Source: Azolla caroliniana (taxonomy: Eukaryota > Plantae > Polypodiophyta). From it: 64,000 nt of DNA. The position numbers and the translations under genes are program-made. Under the pieces are notes generated by a model. That model had not been told where the DNA came from, made no database searches, and saw only the letters and a program-made list of their open reading frames with translations. Positions 52,023-64,000 of the stretch are shown here, in pieces; position 1 is the first letter of the stretch, and the number at the start of each line of letters is the position of its first letter. The DNA is taken from contig JBHGNT010000010.1 in the NCBI GenBank assembly GCA_043228905.1, positions 9,982,001 to 10,046,000 on the forward strand. Direction: 5' to 3'.

Positions 52023-53941
52023 ATGATGGAGGGCGTGAATCACAGAACCATCGCCACCAATGGCATCAACATGCATATCGCAGAAATGGGCTCAGGTCTG
52101 TCTCCTCCCAAGCTTTTCCTTCATGACCATTATCTTCATTCATGCGGTGGAATGATAGGTCATCCAAGATCAAACGAAAATAAAAGATATAGCTTTCCGA
52201 ATGCTCCATCATCATTATCTTAATGCACGAAGTTTTGTATGCGCACCATACCATACCTTGACGTGGTACACAACTATTGATCCTGAGAAACGTGGAGTAT
52301 TTGTCTGGTGGCTTTATCAATCGATGCCAAATTTTCACAATAATGACATGTTTGTTAATGAAAGATATCATAATACACAAATCATCTCACATCGAGAGAT
52401 TTGGCATCATGCATTTCTCAATCGAGATTCAAATATAACTGATTTCCAGAGGGAATATTAAAAGATTAGTCTAATGGATGGAGTAAATTAGAGTTTTTGG
52501 AGCGATTCTTGAAAGAATTCTCTTGACCATGCTATATATGTAATGTAAATCCAGGTCCAGTGGTCTTATTTCTTCATGGCTTTCCTGAATGCTGGTACTC
52601 ATGGAGAAAACAAATGAGTGCATTTTCGGAAGCTGGGTTTCATGCAGTAGCTCCAGATCTACGTGGCTATGGTGACACTGATTCACCTCAAGGTGTAGAA
52701 AACTACACAGTCCTGCATATTGTCGGTGATCTAATTGGCCTCCTCGATAGCTTGCAATGCCAAAAGGTATGTAAAAGTCGTTCATCAGTGATAGTGTATA
52801 GATCGGTTTAGTTGGAAAAAAACAAATTAATGTAGAAGATGAGGACATGTTCTTGCCAGGCATTTGTAGTTTCACATGACTGGGGTGCTATCGTTGGATG
52901 GTACCTATGCCTCTTCCGACCTGAAAGGATTATTTCGCTTGCTGCTCTTAGTGTTTATTACTTGCCATACCATCCGGCAGGTAGCATTTTACACTTTGTC
53001 CGAACTGCTCATGGTGAAAATCACTACATGTGCAAATTTCAGGTATTGGAAGTGTAGCATTTTTGACTTAAAATCATTTGTAGATAAATTATTATCTGAT
53101 TCCTCGTGTTCATGCAGGAGCCTGGTAAAACTGAGGCTAGGATTGCAAATATTTCACCAGATACGTTTTACCGAAGAGTGTTTTGTAATGCAAGCAACCC
53201 AAATCTGGATGGAGTCCTAGTCAAGCCTGATGGATCTCCAACAATGCTTCCGGATTGGGTATCTGAAGAGGATATTGAATACTTTGTGAAGGCTCAGAAA
53301 AGCGGATTTACTCCGCCCCTTAATTATTATCGAGCACTCAATCTGTAAGAACGATAGGACCTTCATGATATCAAAGCACTTTTCAAAATTCCATGTAGCT
53401 TGACATCGGCTTTTGCACAGATCCATCTTCATGGGGTGCATATGTTTTACCATTAGTCTTGTTGACCCAGATTTGTTGCCTTCCAGTGCCATGATTATGG
53501 ATTTTTAAGTAAATATTTCGATGTTTGATAGAAGCCCTTCAGTTCCACAACAAAATTTATGCTAACAAGGATTATTTAGTATCAGAAACTAGGAACACAA
53601 TATATACATAGTGCAAGAGAAGTACTTAAAAAAAACTCTTTTCAGTTATTCAAAAGCTAATGGCATGTGTGCATGAATTTGGCAGCTCTTGGGAACTTAC
53701 GGCTCCATGGGCTGGCAGCAAAGTGATGGTTCCGACACTTTTCATTATTGGAGACAAGGATCTTGTGTATAGCTTTTATAATGCAAAGGAATACCTACAT
53801 GGTGGTGGCTTTGCTAAGGATGTACCGAACCTCAAGGAGTGTATAGTGCTTAAAGATGTGGGGCATTTCTTGCATGAGGAGAAACCTGAGATAGTAAATC
53901 ATCACATTCTCGACTTTTTCAAAAGCTTCCATGTTGCATGA
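52023..53941 (+). CDS. Soluble epoxide hydrolase (alpha/beta hydrolase fold), 5 exons, ~316 aa
   Basis: Exons 52023-52095, 52555-52766, 52860-53042, 53118-53344, 53686-53941 (GT-AG, in frame, 951 nt). Motifs HGFPECWYSWR, APDLRGYGDTD, nucleophile SHDWG, tyrosines HYMCKFQ and NYYRAL, GDKDLV, catalytic His GHFLHEEKP. Confidence 0.96.
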
Positions 53942-56299
53942 CATGCGGAAATATAGAGCTTTTGAGCCATCTCTTGGAAAAGAAATATGCCGAGTTTCAA
54001 CACATCAATGACTCTTTTGATGTGCCCTCATAACTTGTCATTGGAAAGTGCGAGTGGACAATCCTCTCGAGTCTCAACATTGTTATGTTTTTAAGAAACT
54101 TATGCTTTTCACAAACATAAATCACTTTTCGATATGCCCTTGTAATTATTTATCAGAGAGCGCCCTTTGTTCTCTTGTGTTTTATAAGACAACATGAGGG
54201 AAGGTAAGGGTAAAATATCGTCCAACATGCGATGTAATCTCTATGTATAATGTTTTCCAACTTGAATTAATATACATGAAAATTATATATATGAGTGTTT
54301 CTAGTCTTAGTTACATTTATAGCGAAGATTGTTAAGCCTATTCTTAAAAGAACTTAGCTCATTCCCACTTCCCCAAAAAATATCTAGACATTCCACTTCC
54401 TTGCATTGTGTAAATTGTCGTTTTCCTCTTATCCACACTTGGCCTTGCAACCTATGACGTTCTCCCATAGTGCAATGTTTTTCATAATCAACACAATACA
54501 TTTAGTCGTAAGGTGCCCAATATGTTGTCTATGATAAATATCAACATTATTTCTAGATTGGTTGTTATTAGTGCATGCATTAGTTTTATGTATGAGTTGA
54601 TATAGTTTATATTTATGTATATCGAAGAAAGTTAACTTGTTTGGAGGTACTGTTTTGAGGTGATTATGAATCTTTAAAGTATTTTGAGGGCAATTTAATT
54701 GAGTAGTTATTAATGTGGCCTATACCATGAAGATAGCGCATCACGTGTTTGTAAAATATAGAGTAAAATGAGTTAGTGAGAGGTATGCTAACCAAGCGGA
54801 TAGATGTGGTACGACTTTTGTTCACGAGAGGCATGTCAAAATAGATTTACTATGCACAACTATGCTTGTCCATTTCTCTGGCTCAATGTCGCTGTAGGCT
54901 TTGTTATTTTTTGTACGCTTGGTTGTTAAAGAGCAAAATTTTAATGATATACCTTTTATTGTTAGCTTCATTGTTTCATGTGCATTTGCTTGAAAAAAGC
55001 ATTAGATATTTGTGATTCTTGGAATTGCAATGTTGTATGTCTGGATGTCGGTGTTAGGGTTTAAGTTTTTTGGGAATGAAATGCGATTTGTTTTAGAGGT
55101 TTGGGTTATGACTCAAATGAGTTTAGAAATAAGGAAGCATAAGGCCAGAGTTTGAGGAGAAACAAAACTTTGGAACCCATAATTGAAAGAGATGTATATG
55201 TTTGCATGCCATTGGATACCATAAGTCACATTTGAAGGAGAAGACATATGTTTGTATTTTACAAAATTGATGTGACATTTCAAGGAAGAAACTAAATGTT
55301 TTCATCAAGCTTAGGATTGGACGTACAACCAACCGTTTCATTGAACATTCATTCTGAAATGCAAATGTTATTGCAATGACAAAATGGCAGTCCATTTCAC
55401 TAAAAAATCTTAATAAATTGTCCAAAAGTACAAATATAACATGTTTTATTATTATACCTTGCTATAATAAAAGCAAACGTAACATTCACTCAAAAACACA
55501 TATAGCATTATAGAGAGATAATGTACTCCAATCAGAAAACATAATAATGACATAAACTTGCATAATATTATAGAAGGATGATAATTCTACGCGTAATAAT
55601 AGTATAGGAGGATCACAAGTCTTGGTACCCTTCCAAGCTTCAAAGCATTCCCTTCACACAACCTCTTCGAAATTGTCTCATTCGGTGTATTGATGTCTAC
55701 AAACATCGATTAAAGTACATATTAAGATTATTTCTCTTCCACCTAATTAAATATTGTCTTTCTCCTTCAATTTTTCTCGATTGATCAATACATATGAAAA
55801 TCTTTCCCAAAATGATTGCATAACACTTGTAACCACTCTCTTATGCATGCACATAATTTGGGCACGTTGTCAGTGTGTAATATAAAAAATTTCAAATTTA
55901 AATCCAACACGCAACATAATGATGGATGCTTGAAGATATTGTGTGCATAATTCATAAGGTATCAAATAATATGTATGTCCTTGTCCAAGAGTTTTTTATG
56001 TATCATTGGGTTGTTTTTGATTCTTTTATACACTTTAGAGTATTGTAAAATGTAAAATGTATTGTTAAGTACGTGAAAGCTAAAGGAGATGGTAGGAAAA
56101 TAATTGAAGAGACATTTATTATCCCCCCATATTTTACTCATTGAAAGTGATGGAGAGTAAAGTTTATGTGGGCATAAAGTGCATATGTGATTTAAGATGT
56201 TTTTAATTTTGGTTGACAAAGAAGATAGAATAACGTTGTTATTAAAGGCATGCAAGAGGTTAAATTGACGAATGCACTTTGTATTGTTGAGAATATTAC

Positions 56300-56629
56300 A
56301 AAATTATTTGACGATCTTTTTGCTATTCAAGATTTTACAATATATGCCGCACAGAGTTGGTAAGAAAATGTTAGAAGGAAAATTTTGCCGAGCTATGGTT
56401 TGTACAATCCTAGATGAATGCAATAGAGCTATCATTTTAGATATTAGCAGGGTGTATCTCAAGTGTACAAGTTTCTTTACAATAGATGATCAAACTCCAA
56501 AAGAGCAAGAACGTAAAAACCAAGCATACGTATTTAGAAAAGGATTTCAAAGTGCATACTAGTGATGACCCGTGGGACTACATATACCTCCAATTTGAAA
56601 ATCATGTTTTGGAATTGTAGAGGATATCC
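56300..56629 (+). mobile_element. LINE fragment (ORF1 end and ORF2 endonuclease start), interrupted by an LTR
   Basis: RAIILDISRVYLKCTSFFTIDDQTPKEQER then LKIMFWNCRGYP immediately before the LTR. Confidence 0.55.
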
Positions 56630-57292
56630 TGTCGAGTAACGTGTCGTCGATCCACAAGATAGGAAATACGCTAAAATACACAACTCAGAAACACAGAGAA
56701 AAACAATGCACACAGATTTACGTGGAAACCCTAAAATGGGAGAAAACCACAGAGAACAAAGACTTCACTATATAGTGGATATACCATAGAGAAGATTACA
56801 GGGCGTCGAAGCTCTCTTAGCTATGGCACCTCTGTCTCTATGTCTCTGTCTCTTTATACACAAAAAAAAACAGAGGCCCACGCTATTCTGTTCTACTCCC
56901 ACACACTCAACATTTGCCCTAGATGTATTTATACTCATACATCATATGGGCTATTTACAAGTGTCGCCCCTACTAGACATCACTACTATTATTATCTATA
57001 ATAATAAGTAGCCATCAACCTACTCTAGTGTCAACTGTCTAGTCGGCCTGGTCATTGACCATTTGGTCGGCCCGACTAGTTGGTCGTGTCTTCGACCTAG
57101 ATCTCCTTCCTGTCGACTCACCCAATCAATTCTCTTAGTCGACTCTTCAACCATCGACACTTGGTCCGAACAATTGGCTCCTCCTTGTCTTCGACTGTTG
57201 GCACTTCTTGGCCCAAATTAGTCGGCTCCTCCCACTGGAGGGACATATTCCCAACAAACTCCCCCTTTACTCCACTGGATGGGAGTCAGTCA
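56630..57292 (-). mobile_element. Copia 3' LTR (56630-57256) plus PPT and pol tip, related to copia-1
   Basis: Reverse complement starts TGTTGGGAATATGTCCCTCCAGTGGGAGGAGCCGAC, versus copia-1 LTR TGTTAGGAATATGTCCCTCCTATGGGAGGAGCCGAC; preceded by AGGGGGAGTT PPT. Confidence 0.85.
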
Positions 57293-57780
57293 TGTTGGCC
57301 GGCAAGGCCAAAGGGCCGGTTAGAGTCCAGAATGTGAAAGGGGTATTTAATTAGGGATAGGGAGTTGTAATTAATAAGTATTATGTTATTTCGAGAAGCG
57401 GGCAGACAGACCCAAAATCGGTATGCCGATTCGGATCTGGACCAGATCGTTGCCGGTTACCGGTTGGCACCGGTTTATAACTCAACCGGAGACCTATAAA
57501 AGGACCCGGCAAGAATGTAATCAGGGACGGATAATTAATAGAAGCGCTGCTATTTTACATATTGTTTATTGTCTATTTGGTTACCGTTCTGTGCTTAATA
57601 TAATTAATCTTACGCATGTGTTACGATCATTAAGAGTGCCGGTTTGTAATTGGTTAAGACCCATTCGATACCACGATCTATCCATATATCACCGTACCAC
57701 CCTTTGGTGAAGTGTTCCATAGGGACACCCTGTGTTAGGGCTTGTCCAGCCTAAAGGATAACACAGATTTTGGCGACAAC
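57293..57780. mobile_element. Probable solo LTR (CCGG-rich)
   Basis: Begins TGTTGG, TATA-like CTATAAAAG at ~57494, ends ...CGACAAC; no clear TSD. Confidence 0.55.
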
Positions 57781-58439
57781 CGATTTGATTTGCTACACAT
57801 CATAAATTCGATTTCTCGCACATCATCGTCACCCTTATCACACATTTTGTCGTTGCCATGTCTTTGCCGTGCATTATTCTTCGACTTCGTCTCCAAAGGG
57901 GGGTCACCTTAGTGGTCGCCAAAATAGTGTTGTAGGTTTTAGGGTTAATATTTATGATAATGGTGATGATTGATGATGAAGATAGACATGGTGTAATAGT
58001 GAAGATGATGAATGGTATGATGGTGAGAGAGATCATGAAGATGTTGACAAGCGTTGAGGGGTGGGGGGTGGTGCCTAGAATGGCTACACCCCCCTCCCAA
58101 GGGAAGGGGGGAGAGAGAGAAAGAGAGATGACAAGAGAGAGAGAGATTGAGAGAGCAATGTTCCTTTATGTTTCATTCATTCCCCATAAGGGGTTAAATA
58201 GTTACAAGAGGGGGTAGATACATAGGGGTGCAAGCCCCCTTGTCCATTCATACTAATCACTTGCTCACACCTCCTCGTATCCGTCCACATGCACACACAT
58301 ATGCATGTTACACATACGTAATTACTCACACTCACAATTACACTGACACATTTACACATACACATACACATAAACAACATTATAGCATTCGACCCTCACT
58401 CATCACACTCTACATCTCCCGTACATCCCGTACGGTAAC

Positions 58440-58742
58440 AAAAGATAATTAGTACAAACTCTTCAATATTGGACAATATTGTGTTGTTGACGACGAGTAC
58501 TTTACATCCATTAATACTAATTTAATATAGATACAACACACAATACAATACAATGTGTCCATGGAGAACACTCAACATGGATTAAAAGATAATTAGTACA
58601 AACTCTTAAGGATGGACAATACTATGTTGTCAATAACGAGTACTTTACATTCTTCAATAAATGCTGATTTAATACAGATACAACACACAACACAATACAA
58701 TGTGTCTATGGAGAACGCTCTACATGGATTAAAAGATAATAA
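58440..58742. repeat. Direct tandem duplication, ~145-bp unit x2
   Basis: AAAGATAATTAGTACAAACTC...CATGGATTAAAAGATAAT occurs twice. Confidence 0.8.
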
Positions 58743-59151
58743 ACACAGATTCACGTGAAAGGATAGTAATATGTGATCAATCAAGAACACTTAACATGGT
58801 TACAAACATAATTAGTATGCATGCTCCGTTTGGATAGTACTGTGTTGTCTATCAAGAGTTTTTTATGTAGCTGAAAACATAAAATAGTATTGATGCACAA
58901 GGGCGGACAAAACTAAGTTGGAGGGGACATGATAGGAGAATACCCACTTGTCTTGCAAGAATACTAAAACAGTTAGTGTGTAGACAATTATTACAAACGC
59001 AATAGGGAGTACCATATTAAGATGTAAACTTTGAACCCAACAAGTAGGAGAATTACAACAAGTAGTACTGATTCACGTGAAGGATGAGCATGAAAGTATT
59101 GCTTCATTAGACATTGCATTATAAGTGCTAAACATATGGATTTAAAATTAC

Positions 59152-59720
59152 CTGGCGATAAAGTAGAACGATCGTGCCGCCTTGAACAACGAGGCAACAC
59201 CATCAGATCAGACCCAATGGCGGTTAAAGCTAAACTTTAGAGACAATAAATCTGCATGGTGAAACTTAAAACAATGTTGAAGAAATAGTGTATCATGCTT
59301 TTTATCATCCGAAATGTAAAATATTGATTTCTTATGTAACTCACCGCCTTGTCTCCAATAGCAAATATGTACAAGTATTGTACATTGATTATTGTACCAA
59401 TGCATTGATTGAACCTCATTTTGAACTTTAAATGTATAGTTTTCTATAAAGTCAATAACGGATACCATAACACCCGATGGTAAGTTATTAATCATTCCTT
59501 GAACTGTGAATTTTGCCAATAACTCCGGAAGTTATGTGGAATGAACTCCTCAAGTTGTTTCTTAAATTTTGAGACAAGGGTAGCAGCACATGTCTCCTTA
59601 TATACTTCCTTGATACACTTACTAACAAGTCCCTTGCCGATATTTTCAGTCACACACACCATAGTGTTACCATAGTTATCGGATCTCGGATCACATCTCA
59701 TATGTCTAGAGGGGTAAAGA
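59152..59720 (-). mobile_element. Decayed Sola2-like DDD transposase fragment
   Basis: FIPHNF..WQ, IDFIENYTFKVQNEVQSMHWYNNQCTILVH, FYISDDKKHD, WV*SDGVASLFK; one frameshift and one stop. Confidence 0.72.
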
Positions 59721-59799
59721 TGTGAGATGCTTTCGTGGATAAAGGTCTACAATCAAAATTTCAAGCATTCATTTTGCTTGCATATTTTCTGAACCCCTT

Positions 59800-61140
59800 T
59801 ATTTATATTGCGTACACACAACTTCCATCATGGAACAAGTTTTGAACACTATTGGAGTAATATCTCCATCGAGACCTCTCAACTCCAATATGCATCTCGC
59901 ACACAAGCTGAGATCACTATTGAGCAATTGCTCACTACTATCTTGAATCAATTGGCCGAAATGAGGCAAGCCAATATGACTTTGGAAAAGAAATTCCAAG
60001 AATTAACTATTGAGTTCGAGAAAGAAGGTGAACCTTCTTTCGTAGCCACGCCATTCAAGGGAGATAAGAAAGAAAGAACCAAGGAGGCCATTAGCACTTG
60101 GCTTGGTCGTTGGGTGTCTCACTTTGGGTTTCATCCCAAGCCAAAGGAAGGCGCAGCCTAAGGACGATAAAGAACTTACCCACAACTTGGGAAGGTTTCG
60201 TAGATGTTTTCAAGAAATGGTTCTTGCAACCACCTTCTCAAACTGAACAAGCGCAAAACTTGCTCATGTGATTGAGCAAGACATTTAACTCTCTCGAGGA
60301 TTATGTGCATCATGATTGGACCCAGATCCAAAAATCGGAACTCACGGGTGAGAAATGGTTTGTTGCTTGTTTTTTGAATGGTATTCCCAATGGCGATTAG
60401 CATTGGGTTGTCCATGATAAGGACCCCACAACTTTCGAGGAAGCTGTCAACATTGTACTCCGGTACCATAGGACTTCCAAGAAAGACCACAATAAACCTG
60501 AGTTCGCCAAAACTCTGAATGTCAAGTTCATTGGGAAAAATGTAAGCAATCTAGTGACACTCTTGACTACGACTCAAAGAAACTGAACCTCTTTTGCGCA
60601 TATTGCAAGAAGCGGGGCCACAATAAGGGTACCTGTTGTTGTCTTGAGAGGAAGTCAATGAACATCTCTCCTCAAGACAAATCTACGAGTCACACATGTG
60701 AGTCTTCTGATGTTATTGAAGTTCATACCCTCCACTTGAGTTCATGTGAATGCACTTATCCTTCAAATTTACTTGGACCTAATGATTTACTCCAAGCACT
60801 CGAGTATATCAATGGAACACAAGCACATTTCTTGTTTGATTCTAGTAGTTCTCACAATTTTCTTAATGATCACTTGGTGTAGCAAATGCAACTCCACATA
60901 AATGCAAGTGATAATATCTATCAAGTTCACATGGCAAATGGAGGCCTCCAATACATCAGTGGCATTGTTTGTCAACTGTCAATTCAAATGGATACCTATA
61001 TGGAGAAGCTTGACTTTCATATTATGAAACTACAATCCATAGAGTCATTTTAGGATACCCTTGGTTTTTTAATAAAAACCATTCTTTGTCCATTGATTGG
61101 GCTAATCACTCAATTTAATATTGTAAACATTTTATTCAAT
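59800..61140 (+). mobile_element. Decayed gypsy gag-protease relic
   Basis: Gag-like EAISTWL..HF, then retropepsin-like HFLFDSSSSHNFL; many stops. Confidence 0.6.
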
Positions 61141-61149
61141 GTTCCAAAC

Positions 61150-63430
61150 TAAGGAAATGGGCATTATGTTAGGTCTAGTTTCATTTCCATCCAAGTCTTT
61201 CGACAATAACTGGGAGGTCAAAGGGTTTCGATGTGGATGTGGCCTATGGTCCCAATGTAAAAGGTATACCAACCATAGCTTCTAAGCAGCGTAGCTGTTC
61301 CCTTATCTCCTTAATTGTTTCTACTCCACATCGAGTTGCTTTGAAGTCCAAAATCCAAGGGCAATTGGTTGTTCTTTGCATTTTTGCTTCATCAAGAGAG
61401 AGGCCGAGTGGTGTAGGTGTGTCCACATTCATCGTCTCCCCTTGTTCCTAAAAAATTACATTAGTTACATGTTGGTGAATATTAAAAGGGTTATGGTTAA
61501 CATTTTGTAATTTATTCTCCCTATGTTGTTTTATCTCTAAGATATACCTACCTAGTCTCTTTATATCCAGGGTATCTAACAATTTGGAGAGGGTGGGAGA
61601 GGTTCCTAGTATGTCTTGGTAGTTCGCACTTATCTCGGATAAGTTGGACACTTGCATGTAAAGTGATACTCATCCTCTATCTCGATGTGAAATAACCTAC
61701 ATAGCCTTTCCTCCCGAGGGACTCTATTAGCACGACCATTCTCAATCTCAAGTTGGTGAGATGATATCCTAAGTTGCCCAATGGCCACCCTTAGTGCATT
61801 TGATAAGAATGTATCTAGATATTTTGGTTGTGTAATAAAACCTAACTTAGAGAAGTGCACGAAGTGTTCCTTATAGTACAACATTTTGGATGGGAGTGGC
61901 TCTCGTGGGGTGATCAATTTATATTGGGTGTAAATTTGCCATTATTTCTTGGCGTATTATTTTATTACGGTCTTCATGAGAGATTAAATTTTGATCAGTA
62001 CCATGGCTATACTTAATGGGTGGTAGGTTATTAATGTGTATGCCATTTGCAAGTAACCAACTCACTACAGTGTTATACCAAGAGCTAGTGTCTCTGGATG
62101 CATATAGGGATCAGGATGCCTCAAAAGCTTTATGGGATTTCCTATCTTGTGGTTGGCTATGTATCCGATGAATAAAAACTACCACTTGTAAAAGTGCTTC
62201 TACTAACATCGGGGGCAGACTGAACTCTGCTCTAATAATGTCATGTGGTATCGTCCATTTGCTTCCAACTTAAAGTGATAACATCGTCACCAAAGGTCTC
62301 TCTAATTGCGTCCACATGAAAGATGGTAGGACTAGAGCCCATACTACTTATGCATACATGAGGGAAGGAGTCACTAATGAGTCAAAGAGCCATCACTTAG
62401 TCTGTGGCTCTTGAAAGTATGCCTAGTGGCATTGTCTCTCTAAGAGTGAGAGGGGTGCATACCCTCTCATTAGCCTATCTTTGGTTGCCTAGGTCATCGA
62501 GAATTTACCTGAACGAGCACTAAAAGTGACTCCCAGATATACATATGATCCAACTACCTCAACTGGTTTATGAGAAAGGATTAGGTGACATTTACTCCTA
62601 ACTTGAGACGATGTATGAAAGATAAGGACTTTAGTTTTCGTTAGTTTCACTACTAGTCCTTGTTGTGTGCAAAAGTCATCTAAGGCATTAAGGTGCTTTT
62701 GTAGGTCGTGTTTAGACTCCGAGAGCAAGACGATGTTGTCTCTGTAGAGTAAGATATGAACTTGTGTACCCCCCAATGGGTACTCCATTGTCTCCCTTAC
62801 AAGCAATAAAATCAGTGATCTCATCAATGTAGATCCCAAAAAGTGTCGGTGATAGGGGGCAACCCTATTTTACACCAATGGTGCTAGTGAAGCAATAAGA
62901 TAGGCCACCTGGCCATCTTACACACCCAGAGACGTGCTCATATAGAGCATAGATGGCCCAGATCATGTCATTTGGTATCTCCAAGCTTTTAAGCCTATCA
63001 AAAAACCGCTCCCTAAGAATTGTGTCAAAGGCTTTGCGGAAGTCCACAAAGCAACAATATAGTTTCTTTTTGTGAGCCTTCGTTTGGTCAATTAAGCATC
63101 TAAGTGTGAAGATATGGTCAATAGTGGAGAAGCTCGTCTAAAGCCAGCCTGCTCATGTGCTCGAAGACTTAAGGTTTCCATATAATCGTTGAGCTCTGCC
63201 TCCATTACTGCACCATATAGTTTAGCGAGTGTGTGACCTATCATAATGGTCCTATATGTATTTGGGCACATTGGGTACCCTCCTTTGTGTATAGGGGCCA
63301 CTGTGTTCATGGTCCATTGTGGTGGAAAACCCTCGGCGAGGGCGAAGTTGAAGATTAGAGTGAGAAAAGGGGCTAGGTACTCTCGAGCATATATGACGTG
63401 TTCGTCTTGCAATCCTGTGTGGTCCATGGA
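61150..63430 (-). mobile_element. Decayed RTE/RTEX-like LINE ORF2 (RT plus C-terminal CCHC)
   Basis: PIHKGG..NTYRTI, EQAGFR, DFRKAFD, GVK*GCPLSP, YVYLGV, GQLRISSHQLEIENGR..EERLC..EDEYHF.CKC. Confidence 0.9.
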
Positions 63431-63431
63431 T

Positions 63432-64000
63432 TTCCGGCCCATTTGTTCATATAATAACTCCTTATTTGAACAAACATCGAAGTGGTTACACCACCAACTT
63501 TTACCAATCCTCCTTCTCCAACCACAATATCTAAAAGACTCTCACACACTAATCCAATCACTAGAAAACCTACACCCACCATCTAATAGTTTCTTATTCA
63601 CGTTTGACGTTGAATCTCTCTATCCTAGTATCCCCCCTAAGTTAGGACTCCAAGCCCTACGTAGTCTAATCACCCCCCACTTTTCCCCTTCAAAAACAAA
63701 TCTCATCTATACCCTTAGTGCCCTTATTTTAGAATATCACTATCTCACTTTCGATGACGTAGTTTACCAACAAATAAAAGGTACGGCCATGGGTAGCAAC
63801 TTTTCAGTCGTATATGCATGCCTCTTTTTAGTATATCTCGAAAACTTACAACCATCGCCCCCCCATCTCTTCTACTTCACCTGCTATATTGATGATGCAT
63901 TTGGGGTCTGGACAGGCACCAAATCTCAACTTTTAGAATATCTCGACTTTTACCCTTCACACACAAATAACTCCATCAAGCTTACCATTCAAACTTCCCC
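63432..64000 (+). mobile_element. Penelope-like element reverse transcriptase (open frame running off the window)
   Basis: 189 stop-free codons absent from the ORF track: FRPICS..SKWL..L.P, YLKDS, TFDVESLYPSIP, YQQIKGTAMGSNFSVVYA, YIDDAFGVW, IKLTI. Confidence 0.88.

Overview
Eukaryotic, intron-rich, transposon-dense land-plant genomic DNA. The TE repertoire (FLDD-type gypsy elements, RTEX-like LINEs, a Penelope-like RT, a Sola-like transposase) suggests a non-seed plant such as a fern, but that is inference. Two host genes can be fully spliced by hand: a 17-exon ASHH2/SDG8-like H3K36 methyltransferase (CW-AWS-SET-postSET) on the minus strand (3423-26752, 5' start unresolved) and a 5-exon soluble epoxide hydrolase on the plus strand (52023-53941). 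A 12.5-kb ASHH2 intron holds a decayed copia, RTEX-like LINE insertions, SINE-like pieces and a ~2-kb diverged palindrome. Between the genes lie an RT-less copia (29310-32954) and a three-level nest: an intact young copia (37853-43297) inside the LTR of a tRNA-Trp-primed gypsy (36837-50931), itself inside the RT of a related gypsy (33806-51458). The right end carries LTR remnants, a Sola2-like transposase relic, a gypsy gag-PR relic, a LINE relic and an open Penelope-like RT running off the window. Most unusual signals: sister copia families saturated with different short CG motifs (CCGG vs GTCG/CGAC) in both LTR and coding sequence, a -1 frameshift site after the gypsy protease, the long intronic palindrome, and the Penelope-like RT. 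All counts and alignments were done by eye.
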